Assembly (NCBI RefSeq): GCF_964213995.1
Contig: NC_135808.1
Location: forward strand, 109,616,001-109,680,000
Source of the DNA: Mustelus asterias
Lineage: Eukaryota
Direction of reading: 5' to 3'
Length of the DNA: 64,000 nucleotides
The translations under genes and the position numbers were made by a program. Shown here in pieces: positions 47,731-60,090 of the stretch; position 1 is the stretch's first letter, and the number at the start of each line of letters is the position of its first letter. The notes under the pieces are model-generated. The model had not been told where the DNA came from and did not search any database. It worked only from the letters and a program-made list of their open reading frames with translations.

Positions 47731-49429
47731 TAGCTTGACACCAGGGAGGCTACACACCATGTGAGACTCACATTTGTGGTTGCATAAAATGTCCATCTAG
47801 CAAACCCCCCCCCCCCCCCCCCCTCCAACTCAACCATTAAATCCTTCATAACAACTGCATTTCTATGTGTTGCTGTGGCCAACCATGTATTCATTTGCAA
47901 TGGCTGTGCTCTAGATTAAGATCACCCACACCAATATTCAATACGATATGCAGAATGAGTTTGAGTGCCACACTTCCAGAGGAATTTTGTAATGCTCGGA
48001 TGTGTGATTCAGGAAATTTTCAGTCTTCCAAATGTCCTGCAGTGCCTTCAGCTGTTCCTGAAGCTCAGACACCTTGAGCTTAAGTTCAGTCTTGAAGTTG
48101 CCATGTAGCTCGGGAATTGCAGGCAATTATTCTCAGCAAAGGCAATACAGCAATTTGCACTATTACTACAAACGTTTTAACTCACATTTTGCCTTTCGCT
48201 AAAAATGGTAAGCCTTTAACTCTGCTTGTATTAAGCATGAATTGGCATCCATAACGTGTATGGAGTTTCATCAAAATCACTTTCTGCCCAGCCCGTAACT
48301 TAAAAGCCTTGGAAGAACCAATGAGGCACAAGCATGCTCTCTTCAAATCTGCTGATGGTAACATTTGAAGTTTGACCAGTCAGAAATGAATCTCTCAAAA
48401 TCAAAACAAAGGTTCTAAACTATCATTTACATATACAGAGAATGTCTGAAAGATCTATCTGATAGATGTTACCAACAAATCCTTGTCATCTAGTTGCAAA
48501 TTCCTTTAGTCTTAATAAACCATCTGCAATCACTGTGTCAAATAGTTCACTGCTGAAGAACATTCCGCTCTTGACAAATTATGTAAATGTATTTGCATTG
48601 GGGTAATGCCTTGTCTATTTATCTTGTTTACAGCAGATAGTGTATTTCAAGCTAAATACTAACTGTGGCAGTATTCTTAGATAATTTCCTATTTGCCACT
48701 TTAGGAGTTATTGTCTATATAGGTAATTTTATGGTCTCTTGACTGTGGCTGGGAGGTAGTTTTACATGCGGTGGAGTAAAATCAGGCGGTATGGCATGGA
48801 ATGCAGTGCCCATCATTTTCCCCTTTGCTGTACTTTGTCTGAGGTGGGATAGATGGTGGTGGCCCACCCCCCTCCCTCCCCTCCCCTCTCCTTGGGCCAA
48901 CTGAGGTGCTTAATGACCACTTAAGGATCTCTTCCTGCTGCTGCCTATAAAAATTCAGTCAAATGCCAGTTTCCTGTCAACAACAATCTTTTTTGTGCAC
49001 CAAAGGAAAAGGCCGCACCTGCAGCGTACAGTCCGGTACTCACCTAGGGACCTACAACTCGAGTCCAGGTAAAGTTACAGGTTTAAAAACCCACACTGGC
49101 TGCTTCCCATTGGTCAAGCCTCCACTCGTTCACTAAAGAAGCTCGTAGTCCATGAAGCCCATGGATAGGTCTATTGATGATCTCCTGTGGCCTTTGTGGT
49201 CGTCATAACAACGCCAATGTTTTACCAGTGGGTGGATGGGCATCTTGCCACATGAGTTGGACACCCAGTAAAACATGGCATCCTCCCAGTTGGATCCCTC
49301 CTGATTGGACACCCTGTGGTCCATGGAGGTCGCCGTCCAGGGGCAGGGGCCTCTCCCACTGGAAGAACCACCCTAACAATTGACCACCTCCTCCCCATGC
49401 ACCCCCCCCCCCCCCCGCCACTTCACTTG

Positions 49430-50110
49430 TGTAGTACAAAGAGTTAGCAAATGGAATATGCTAAAATATGACATAAATGATGATGTACCATTGACATTAG
49501 TCAGTCACGTGTTAGACTCGTGAGAGGTTAGAATCATGTCTAGGAACAACATGCCTATTCTATAGCCTGTTTGAATGTACTACCAATAAATAAGTGTTAA
49601 GCAGATACCAGAGTATATTTGTAGACTGTCTACTAACCACGTTCCATACCTGGATACACACATAGAAGGACCATGTTAGAACATGGTGGCTGAGAATACT
49701 GTGGGAGATTGAATCCACCAGGACTGTGACTTGGGGAGGGGAAAAATGGGAGTTGGGTGGAATCTATAGTGGTAAGAAGGGAGATGCAGAAATGCAATGT
49801 TAAAGGTTAAAGACAAAGATTCATGTTGTTAAAAAATAAGATAGTATGCCTGTGGGAAGATGTAGAATAAAAGATAGCAGATGGGATATGCTAATGTATG
49901 ACCTAAATGATCATGTATCACTGACGTCAGTCAGTCACATGTTAGACTGTCATGAGAGACAGCTTTGAGTCATGCCTCGGAGCTACATGCCTACTCTGTG
50001 ACCTCTTTAGACGTAGCACTTATAAACAAGTGTTAAGCAGATACCAGAGTACGTCTACAATTTGTATACGAACCAAGTCTCAGGACAAGATAGAAAGACC
50101 ATTTAAATCA
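49430..50110 (+). mobile_element. Miniature LTR element: LTR 49430-49683, short internal region, LTR 49861-50110
   Basis: Two diverged ~250-bp TG...CA direct repeats; TGGTGG after the first and a purine run gggaaga before the second. Confidence 0.7.
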
Positions 50111-50278
50111 GAAATGTACCTCTTGATTGGCCCTGGCATGTTCCCAGCTTTTCCTGTTATATCCATAGCTTAAGTTCCTCATCCCTGGAACCATTCTGGT
50201 GAATCTTTAATCTAACTCTTATCTAATTCTTTCACTGACTGGCAGTCAGGGTTCTCCTTTACTAACATAAAAGAAAAG

Positions 50279-50488
50279 TCATGATGTGGAAATGCCAGCG
50301 TTGGACTGGGGTAGGCATAGTAAGAAGTCTCACAACACCAGGTTAAAGTCCAACAGGTTTATTTGGTAGCACAAGTTTTCAGAGCGCTGACTGGTCACTC
50401 ACCTGATGAAGGGGCAGCGCTCAGAAAGCTCGTTCTACCAAATAAACCTGTTGGACTTTAACCTGGTGTTGTGAGACTTCTTACTGTA
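50279..50488. mobile_element. Fold-back Penelope mini-element
   Basis: Inverted arms as in 31956-32160. Confidence 0.85.
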
Positions 50489-50799
50489 CAAAAGTAATTA
50501 AGCAAAATATGTTCTGGATGCTGGAAATCTGAAAAAAACACAATTTGGAAATACTCAGCAGGTCACGAAGAATTGATGAGAATAAAACAGAGTTAACGTT
50601 TTAAGTTGATGACCTATTTTAAAGTGGTGTTGATTTGATTTATTATTGCCACATGTTTTGGTATACAGTGAAAAGTATTGTTTCTTGTGCACTAGATAAA
50701 GCACACCGTTCATAGAGTACACAGGGGAGAAGGAGAGAGTGCAGAATATAGTGCTGCAGTTACAGATAAGTGAAGAGAAAGATCAGCTTAATATATGGT

Positions 50800-51122
50800 A
50801 GGGCGGCACGGTAGCACAGTGGTTAGCACTGCTGCTTCACAGCTCCAGGGTCCTGGGTTCGATTCCTGGCTCGGGTCACTGTCTGTGTGGAGTTTGCACA
50901 TTCTCCTCGTGTCTGTGTGGGTTTCCTCCGGGTCCTCCGGTTTCCTCCCACAGTCCAAAGATGTGTGGGTTAGGTTGATTGGCCAGGTTAAAAATTGCCC
51001 CTGGGATGCGTAGGTTAGAGGGATTAGCGGGTAAATATGTGGGGGTAGGGCCTGGGTGGGATTGTGGTCGGTGCAGACTCGATGGGCCGAATGGCCTCCT
51101 TCTGCACTGTAGGATTTCTATG
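50800..51122 (+). mobile_element. HE1-like SINE nested in a LINE 3' fragment (50630-51200, minus)
   Basis: Near-consensus SINE; the host fragment encodes RTDQLKNSFFPAGIR, like 38985-39155. Confidence 0.88.
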
Positions 51123-51239
51123 GTCCCTTCATTCAAAAATCTGATGCCAGCAGGGAAGAAGCTGTTCTTGAGTTGGTCGGTACGTGATTTCAGGCTTTTG
51201 GGACCTAACTCTCTCTCCCCACAGGACCCCACCTCCTTT

Positions 51240-51480
51240 ACCGCTATGGCGCTGAGGGCCCTCACCAATATGGCGACGGGGAACCCTCATTAAGATGGCG
51301 GTGGGGAGCCCTCACCAAGATGGCGACGGGGGCGGCCCTCATTAAGATGGCGGCGGCGCGCCCTGACCCACCTAAACCACCATGGCGGCTGGCCATTGCG
51401 TCACCTCCGGTGGAGTGGGCGCGGCTACTCTCGGCGAAGTAGGAACCGGAAGCAGGTTCCTGTCAACATGGCGCCGAGCG
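51240..51480 (+). promoter_or_regulatory. USP24 CpG-island promoter with tandem YY1-type sites and an ETS site
   Basis: ATGGCG cores at 51246, 51270, 51295, 51320, 51347, 51382 and 51468; CCGGAAG at 51446-51452. Confidence 0.75.
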
Positions 51481-51672
51481 GCCCAGATCCGGTGTCAGAG
51501 TTTTAGTTCAGCAAAACTGACAGGCCGGCAAAAGGGATTGTGCGTTCACATTAGAGTGAGAGGGAACGCGGCTGCACCGCTGTGCCGACAGTCACCCCCC
51601 AGGCCGGAGAGTTGTGCGGGGACAAGTCTCTATGGGAGAAGAGGATTGAAGCGACAGGCTGTGTCTGCCAGG

Positions 51673-51999
51673 ATGGACGTGGAGGAAGAGCACATGACGA
51701 CGCTGCTGTGCATGGGCTTCTCGGAGCCCGCCGCCATCCGCAAGGCGCTCCGCATGGCCAAGAACGACATCAACGAGGCTGTGGCCCTCCTCACCAACGA
51801 AAGCCCCGGCCTCGGCTACGAGCCGATGGAGAGCGGCGATCGCCAGGTGGGAGGAGGTGGAGGAGGCGGTGGCACCGGCTCCCGTGGTGGAGGAGGCGGC
51901 GGAGGTGGAGGGAGTGGAGGTGGGGGAGGAGGAGGAGGGGACTACAACCGGAGTGGCTTCGACCCTCCACCCGCCTACGATGAGGTGGTAGAGGTGGAG
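51673..51999 (+). CDS. USP24: USP24 coding exon 1 (UBA-like domain + Gly-rich linker)
   Basis: MDVEEEHMTTLLCMGFSEPAAIRKALRMAKNDINEAVALLTNE...GFDPPPAY; donor GAG|gtaaga; 327 nt. The rest of the window is intron 1. Confidence 0.97.
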
Positions 52000-52699
52000 G
52001 TAAGATTTACTGCAGTAATGAGAATGCGGGCTTGCACTCCCTAGTGGCTTCAAGGCACCCGTGGAAACAAGTGGCTTTATACTAGCTCTCATTTGATAGT
52101 CCGGCAGCTTATTTTTTTAGGCTCTATTCTTTGAATCGTGTCCTCAGTCATTGAACTGATGAATTAAAAACTCAGTTCTCTCCTTATTACATAATTGTGG
52201 AGTCCAATGTTACCTGTCACTTTCACAGAAGTGAAGACATACTGAGACAAGAATTCTCAAGATGATTTTTGCACTACTGTGATGGTACGCTGAGGAAGTT
52301 GCATATTTGTATATATTTTCGAAGGATCAAAATCTAAAGTCTTAATTTTGAATTTTCTATAGACTTGACAATTTTTTACAATTGGAAGTAGCCATGCTTT
52401 TTTTTTGCTGCAATCTTGCACTGGATTTGTTGATATCAGTGAGACAACAGGGAAAACATGCCACACAACTGTTTTTAAGCTCATAATACTTTTTATCGCC
52501 CCCGGATCAAACGATGAACAGCTTGTGACTGTTAATTTTCTCTTTCAGAGTACTCTCTCATGCTGAGATATAATTGTATAGGTGCCGGCAGGCTAGCCCA
52601 TAAACTTGTTTTTGTATATGAGCATCAATGCAAAATGTTGGCAAGTTCTATTAACCTAGTAGATTAAGAATGTGCTTTGGTGGCACACATTGGAGGTGT

Positions 52700-54000
52700 G
52701 AGACGCAGCATGGATTCATGAGAGGAAAGTCGTATTTGACGAACTTACTGGATTTTTATGAAGATGTGACTAGTGCGGTTGACAGAGGGGAACCGGTGGA
52801 TGTGGTGTTTTTAGATTTCCAGAAGGCATTCGATAAGGTGCCTCACAAAAGGTTGCTGCAGAAGATTGGGGTACACGGAGTTGGGGGTAAGGTGTTGGCG
52901 TGGATTGGGGATTGGCTATCTCACAGGAAGCAGAGAGTTGGAATAAATGGGTGCTTTTCTGGTTGGCAGTTGGTCACCAGTGGCGTGCCACAGGGATCGG
53001 TGCTGGGGCCTCAACTGTTTACCATTTACATAGATGATCTGGAGGAAGGGACTGAGTGTAGAGTATCAAAGTTTGCTGATGACACGAAGATGAGTGGGAA
53101 AGCGAATTGCGTGGAGGAATCGGAAGGTCTGCAGAGAGATTTGAAGAGGATGAGTGAGTGGGCGAGGATCTGGCAGATGGAGTATAACGTTGACAAATGA
53201 GGTTATTCACTTTGGAAGAAATAATAGCAAATTGGATAATTATTTAAATGGAAAAAAAATTGCAACATGCGACTGTGCAAAGGGCCCTGCGGGTCTTTGT
53301 GCATGAGTCGCAAAAACTCAGTCTGCAAGTACAACAGGTGATCAAGAAGGCAAATGGGATGTTGGCATTTATCGCGAGGGGGATAGAATATAAAAGCAGA
53401 GAAGTCTTGCATCTGTACAAGGCATTGGTGACGCCGCAGCTGGAATACTGTGTGCAGTTTTGGTCCCCTTACTTGCGAAAGGATATATTGGCCTTGGAGG
53501 GAGTGCAGAGAAGGTTCACCAGGTTGATACCGGAGATGAGGGGTGTAGATTATGAGGAGAGAGTGAGCAGATTAGGTTTGTACTCGTTGGAGTTTAGAAG
53601 GCTGAGGGGTGATCTTATAGAGGCATATAAGATAATGAAGGGGCTGGATAGGGTAGAAGTGGAGAGATTCTTTCCACTTAGAAAGGAAACCAGAACGAGA
53701 GGGCACAGCCTCAAAATAAAGGGGGGTCAGTTTAGGACAGAGTTGAGGAGGAACTACTTCTCTCAGAGGGTGGTGAATCTCTGGAATTCTCTGCCCACTG
53801 AAGTGGTGGAGGCTACCTCGTTGAATATGTTTAAGTCACAGATAGATGGATTTCTGATCGGTAGGGGAATTAAGGGTGATGGGGAGCAGACGGGTAAGTG
53901 GAACTGATTCACTTCAGATCAGCCATGATCTTATTGAATGGCGGGGCAGGCTCGAGGGGCTAGATGGCCGACTCCTGCTCCTATTTCTTATGTTCTTATG
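52700..54000 (+). mobile_element. CR1 LINE 3' half
   Basis: ORFs 52670-53200 and 53248-53907. Confidence 0.95.
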
Positions 54001-54225
54001 TGTAATGGAGCACTGATGAACAGGAATCTTCCCCTCGTCCAGGGCCATAAAATCCAAATGCAAAGACTGAATTAACATCCCAATGAGTATGAGCTAATTC
54101 AGTATAGACCATCGAATACACCTGTAAATTCTGTGTCTGCATCACCTTAGACGGAGTATTTAGCTTCCAATATAGATGGGATAGGCACTTTTGTTTGTGC
54201 ACCCTGAAATTTGTTCCTGTTAAGA

Positions 54226-54417
54226 ATGTGGCGATGCTGGCGTTGAACTGGGATGGGCATAGTGGGAGGTCTCACAGCGCCGGGTTGAGGTCCAACAGGT
54301 TTATGTGGAATCACAAGCTTTTGGAGCGCTGCTCCTTCATCAGGTAAGTGATCAAAAGCTCGTGATTCCCAGTAGACCTGTTGGACTTTAGCCTGGTGTT
54401 GTGGGACTTCTTACTGT
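54226..54417. mobile_element. Fold-back Penelope mini-element
   Basis: Inverted arms; TSD tgttaagaatg at 54218 and 54415. Confidence 0.8.
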
Positions 54418-54607
54418 TAAGAATGGTGATGTAAGTGATCGGAATGGCTTGCAACATTTACCCATGAGGTTAACAGTCACTAAGATTGAAATTTCAATGT
54501 TATGTTTCAGGATATTGTATCCTAAGATAGTAATTAAACAAAAGGCATACATTGATAATAGCACCATTCACAGCTTCTGGGTATAAGCATTTTACAGCTA
54601 ATTAAAT

Positions 54608-55186
54608 ACAAAGAACAAAGAACAGTACAGCACAGGAACAGGCCCTTCGGCCCTCCAAGCCTGTGCCGCTCCTTGGTCCAACTAGACCAATCATTTGTAT
54701 CCCTCCATTCCCAGGCTGCTCATGTGACTATCCAGGTAAGTCTTAAACGATGTCAGCGTGCCTGCCTCCACCACCCTACTTGGCAGCGCATTCCAGGCCC
54801 CCACCACCCTCTGTGTAAAAAACGTCCCTCTGATGTCTGAGTTATACTTCGCCCCTCTCAGCTTGAGCCCGTGACCCCTCGTGATCGTCACCTCCGACCT
54901 GGGAAAAAGCTTCCCACTGTTCACCCTATCTATACCCTTCATAATCTTGTATACCTCTATTAGATCTCCCCTCATTCTCCGTCTTTCCAAGGAGAACAAC
55001 CCCAGTCTACCCAATCTCTCCTCATAGCTAAGACCCTCCATACCAGGCAACATCCTGGTAAACCTTCTCTGCACTCTCTCCAATGCCTCCACGTCCTTCT
55101 GGTAGTGAGGCGACCAGAACTGGACGCAGTACTCCAAATGTGGCCTAACCAGCGTTCTATACAGCTGCATCATCAGACTCCAGCTT
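54608..55186 (-). mobile_element. CR1 3' fragment, near-identical to 39195-39734
   Basis: ORF 54691-55173. Confidence 0.95.
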
Positions 55187-56339
55187 TTGAAACGTCGCTA
55201 CTCTAAGTAGGAAATGCAGCAGCTTATCTGCATATAGCAAACTTGGTTCAGGTGATCTGTTTTCGTGATGTTGGTTGAGGGATAACCATTGTGCATGACA
55301 CGGTGGGAAATTTCCCCAGTTCTCAGAAACAGTGTTGTGGATTCTTTTGCATCCACCTGAGGAGTCATGGCTTAATGTCGCATCTGTATGATAGTATCCC
55401 TGACAGTGCAGCAATCCCTCTACGTACTGGACCTTTACTGTAGATTTTATACTCGAGCCTTTGGAATGGGATTTGAACCTACCACCTTCTGGCCTCGGTT
55501 TGAGTGCTACTATGACAACAAATGTTTGTGCCTGTGATGTCCCAGCACAGTGAGTGTCCAGTTCCCTCCATACTGTTTTTACTCATTTTGGGAATGGAAT
55601 TGGGTAAATCACACTCAAGTATCCTTTTTCTTATTCCACCAAAGATAATTGTGCAAATGATATCCATGGTTTTCCCCATTTATGATGAAAGTAGGGCATG
55701 ATAGTAGAGTTAAAGATATATTGGGGTAACATAGAAGAACTGTCATTATCTAACCTATACTTGATAATCAGTGATGGTAAGTGGGGAAATATTTAATTTC
55801 TTGTCAATTAGATAATTGAGCATAAAGCTAATCTTGAAACAGAGGTTCCAGGGACGTGAGCACATAATCTGAGCAGATTCTTCACAATATTGAGGAATAC
55901 TTCACTATTGGGAGATGTCATAGTCAGATAAGACCTCTGGTGCACCTGAAAGATCCTACAAAACAATTGAAAGAAGAGTAGGGGGTTTCTTCTGGTGCAC
56001 TGGCCAATACTTATCCCTGAGCCAACATTTTAAAATAAAAAATACTTGTTCATTGCTGTTTTGTGAGAGAAGGCTGTGTGCAAATTATCAGCAGCATTTG
56101 CTTATTTAAGGGACTACATTTCAAAACCACTTAATTGCTGTGAACACTTTTGGGACATTCTGAAATAATGACAGGTGCCATATAAATCCAAGTTTATTAC
56201 TTGAGACAGTTGTGTTGGAATATAACAAGGGAGCCCTGGAAGTTTTGCCAGGTGGCTGTAATATGTTAAGTTAAGATAGCCATGGCAATAATTATGCACT
56301 TCCATTCAGTGTAAATCTTGTGATTTTTACTGGAAAAGC

Positions 56340-58740
56340 TCTATCCCTCTCTGTCTCTCTCTGCTTGTAATTCCCCTGCCAGGAAATTTGCTGTCATGGT
56401 ATATTAGTGCCATCCTCTCGCATCCACTGTAACTTGTCTGCAACTATTCTGTGATGTCAATCATTCAACTATACCTAGGTCAACCTCTCTTTCGCCTGCC
56501 TCCCACTTTACCCTCTACAAGAGATCTCTGGCTTTTCAGCTCTGATCAAATGGTCAAAATACTGACTTTTTCTTTTACTCTTGAATTTGGAATTTCAAGC
56601 ATCTCTTCGTTTGACTAATGGTCTGCGGGTGGAATTTTAAGCTTACGTCTTAGCTTCCATATCCAAAGGCACCTTTTTTTTCTTCCACAGATCCATTTCT
56701 GAGGCATATAAGAAAGTGGGTAGAATGTAGTATTTTGAGTTTTTTTTCCTTGTTACATGTTTGAGTTTTCTTGTTAACACATCCTTCATCTTCACAAATT
56801 ACTTCTGGCTCTCTCTATCCTTTTAACTTCAGCATCACCTCTGCCATCTTCTGTTATCATTAGTCTTAAATAGATAAATCTATCTAATCGTTCTAGTGTG
56901 GCACCATCCATTTCAATCTTCAATCTAGTTTCTTCTAATATATTCCTTCTAACTCCCATTGTTGGTATCTTTTTGGTGTTCCTACTCGATCCACATTCTA
57001 GGCTTCTAGATTTTACTTGATCTACCAAATTTTGTAGAGCCTTTTCTGATTCTGCAAATAGCACTATGTAATCACCATACCATAAATTTATGTTCTTGCC
57101 TCCAATTTATACCTGTAGAAGTACATCTAATTCTCTGAAAACTTGTTTTTGTATACAGATTGAATAATTTTAGCACACAGCCTCGTTGTCATCTCTTAAA
57201 ACATATCTGATTGTCCACCTTCTCGCCAGATGCTCGCTATTTGGTCCCGGCATAAACTCTGGATAAATCTCATCTCTTTACTGTCAATGTCACATTTCCG
57301 CAATGTGTCTATTAGCTTTTAGTGATAAACATGAGCAAATGCTTTCTGATGGTCTGTGAAGCATATGTAAATGTTCTTGTTTACTTCTAGGTATTTATAG
57401 ACGATTGTTCTTAGGTTCCACATTCCCTCTTTAGTTCAGATTCCCTTTCTTAATCCAGACTATTTCCCCAATTCATGTTTCAGTTGTGCTATAATTTCTT
57501 TCTATTATGATTTTCAAGATTATATTAATGAGATAACCCATTCAGTTTATGCTTCTAAAAAGATTGTACTTCATTCATTGCTTTAGGTTGGTTAGATAAC
57601 TTGATAATGAATGTCTCCTATCACTTGTAATGTATCCTTTGGTATGTATTTGGTCACAAATTTCTGCTATCACTTCTAATTCAGTTTCCCTAAGGGCTTT
57701 TGGATGGTCTGTTGTTACAGAAGCTTTTCCAGGACTCAGCAATTTCAAAGTGTACTTCTAATATCATAATGTTTGGACCATTGTTTGCTTCTATACCTTG
57801 AGGGAACCCCGATTTCGATCATCGTATAATTCAGTTATATATTCTGCCAAATATTTGTTTGAGTATTGCTGAAAAGAGTCTTTTGTCAAAGTTTTTTTTG
57901 TCTTGGACTCATCAGGACATGTGCAAGAATGCAATGCAAGGGAAATCAACAAATTTATATTGGGAAGGAAGTGCTGATTGGTTGGCAAGTGGATTCTGGT
58001 AGAAGCATTGCTATGGAGAGTGCACTATTTGATAGTCACTAACAGTCAACTGCCAAGAATTGTTTGAAAATTAAACCAGGAGCTTGATTCTGGTCATGAC
58101 ATTGCCTCGAGGAATGAACCAATGAATGGCTGTCACTTTTTTTTTAGCTGAAACAGGCACAATGTGTGTACCTGTTCTTTCTGTCTGCAAAGAACAGGGC
58201 CCTGTGTATTCATATATGTAGCTTTCAGAGAACATGTGCCACACAGCCATCAGCTGGTACATTCTTAACGGCAATGCCTCTCCAAATCAGAGTCTACTTG
58301 CCAACCAATCAGTGGTCTCTTGTCATACAGTAATTTGTTGATTTCCCTTGCATTGTATTCTTGCGAATGTCTTGAGTGCAAGATGAAAAGCTTCAGGAAG
58401 AAATGTCTCTTTCAGCAATATATTTTGTCCATCAAAGATTTCACCTCCTGGTGTGCATATTGCATTTTGAGATTTCCTTCGAGCTCCAATATATCATGCA
58501 TCGTGTAATCCCATTTCTCTTCAACCTGTTTACATACATTATTTTCTTTTCAAATTCTTCATACTCTGGCGTGTTTCTTTTCTTTCCTATTTCTATCATC
58601 ATTGCTAGTATCTCATCTGTCATCTATTCCTTGTCTCTTTTTCCATATTGATAATACTTGCTTTGTATGCTCTTTCATTTTTTAAATTTGTTTTTTTATG
58701 TCTTGTTCTGAGACCTCTATATAATCTGTTCCCTCAATCC
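56340..58740 (-). mobile_element. Degenerate RTE-clade LINE
   Basis: LFAESEKALQNLV...FIYL..MITEDGR.DAEVKRIERARSN. Confidence 0.75.
57864..58420. mobile_element. Element with ~150-bp imperfect inverted arms, inserted in the RTE
   Basis: tgcaagggaaatcaacaaatt / aatttgttgatttcccttgca and ctgattggttggcaagt / acttgccaaccaatcag. Confidence 0.75.
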
Positions 58741-59694
58741 TGAGGCATTCATACTAATTTTTTACTTTTTACGAGTGACTGTCCCTCTGATATTCTCACC
58801 ACAAAAAGCAGATGGGCTTTAAAGTGCATCGGGAAACAGTTCTGAATCTGTAATTAATCACTTAATTAATAAGGGGATCAGGGGTTATGGGGATGAGAAA
58901 AATATCAACCATGATTGAATGGCGGAACAGACTCGATGGGCCGAGTGGCCTAATTCTGCTCCTATCTCTTATGGTCTTATGTAGTAGGGCATCAAGAGCC
59001 CATGGATCAGATAAGGTATATATAGGGTGTTATGCTACATGCTGAACATGTACTTAAAAGAAAGGCATGTGCTGAAAGGAAAAGTAGTTATGGATTATTT
59101 TCCCTAGTCTGATAGACTCCTGATTTTTATTTTGTTTCTATTGGACAGATTTGTTTGCATTAAATATAATAGACCTATAGCCCAGTGGATAAAGACATAG
59201 CTTGGAGTATTCACACATCAGAAGATTGAGGTTTTATTGCCGGTTTATGCTGAGTTAACGTGTCCTGTGGGGATGTTACATTTGGACTCAGTAACGTGGT
59301 TCAAGAAGGTTTCTGATTGCTGAACAGTCACTTGTGATGAGGATTTGTGATAAAATTGCTTGTTAGTGTTCGCTGTCTTGGCCACAGATGAAGAGCAAGA
59401 GTTTCTGTGGGGTATTAGTACCGAAGGAATTGTGCTTGAGATCAGTGCCTCGAGCAAGCATGTCTAAACAATGACCCGTGGGCTATTTGCAGCTAGAAGC
59501 TCTGATCAACCCCAAAATTTGTAGAGACTCACATTTTTTGCTTCCTAATTTTGTAATCTGTTTGAACTCCGTGTGCTTGTGGTTTGGGCTGTAGCACAGT
59601 GACGTCATTAGTGGATAAATCAATCAATGCCCAGATTTACTGTTCATTGTTGCTTGCCATTTATGTAAATTAATGGAGCAACTTGAAGTGAAGT

Positions 59695-60090
59695 GTCAGC
59701 CGTGGCTCAGTTGGTAGCACACTTATTCCCAGTCACAAGATTTCAGGCTCAAATCCCACTCCAGGTCTTGAAGACAAAAAACAATGTTGCCATTCCAGTG
59801 CAGTACTGAGGGGATTTGGATGAATCATTAAACAAGGTCAACCTGTTTGGGTGGATGTAAAAGATCACGGCACTATTTTAAAGTGGAGGGTCTTTCCCTG
59901 GTGTCCTGCCAACGTTTATCCCTGAATTAACATTACAGAAAAGAAATTACCTGGTCGTTATTGTATTGCTACATTTGAGAATTTGCTGTGTGTAAATTGA
60001 CTGCTGTATTTCCTGCACTACAACAACGACAGCACTTCAGAAGTACTTTGTTAACTGTAAAGCACTTTGAGAGGTCTGGTATTAAGGCCA
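59695..60090 (+). mobile_element. Deu-domain tRNA-headed SINE
   Basis: tggctcagttggtagc head; ggatgtaaaagatcacggcactatttta...ggtgtcctgcc. Confidence 0.75.

Noticed and set aside
50800-50870. tRNA genes (A/B-box sequences here and at other SINE heads)
   Set aside because: They are SINE heads continuing into SINE bodies; no full cloverleaf.
51240-51360. CRISPR-like repeat array
   Set aside because: Vertebrate DNA, no unique spacers and no cas genes; it is a promoter tandem repeat.
51582-52092. Overlapping 133-aa and antisense 166-aa ORFs at USP24 exon 1
   Set aside because: Shadow frames of GC-rich, GGA-repeat coding sequence.
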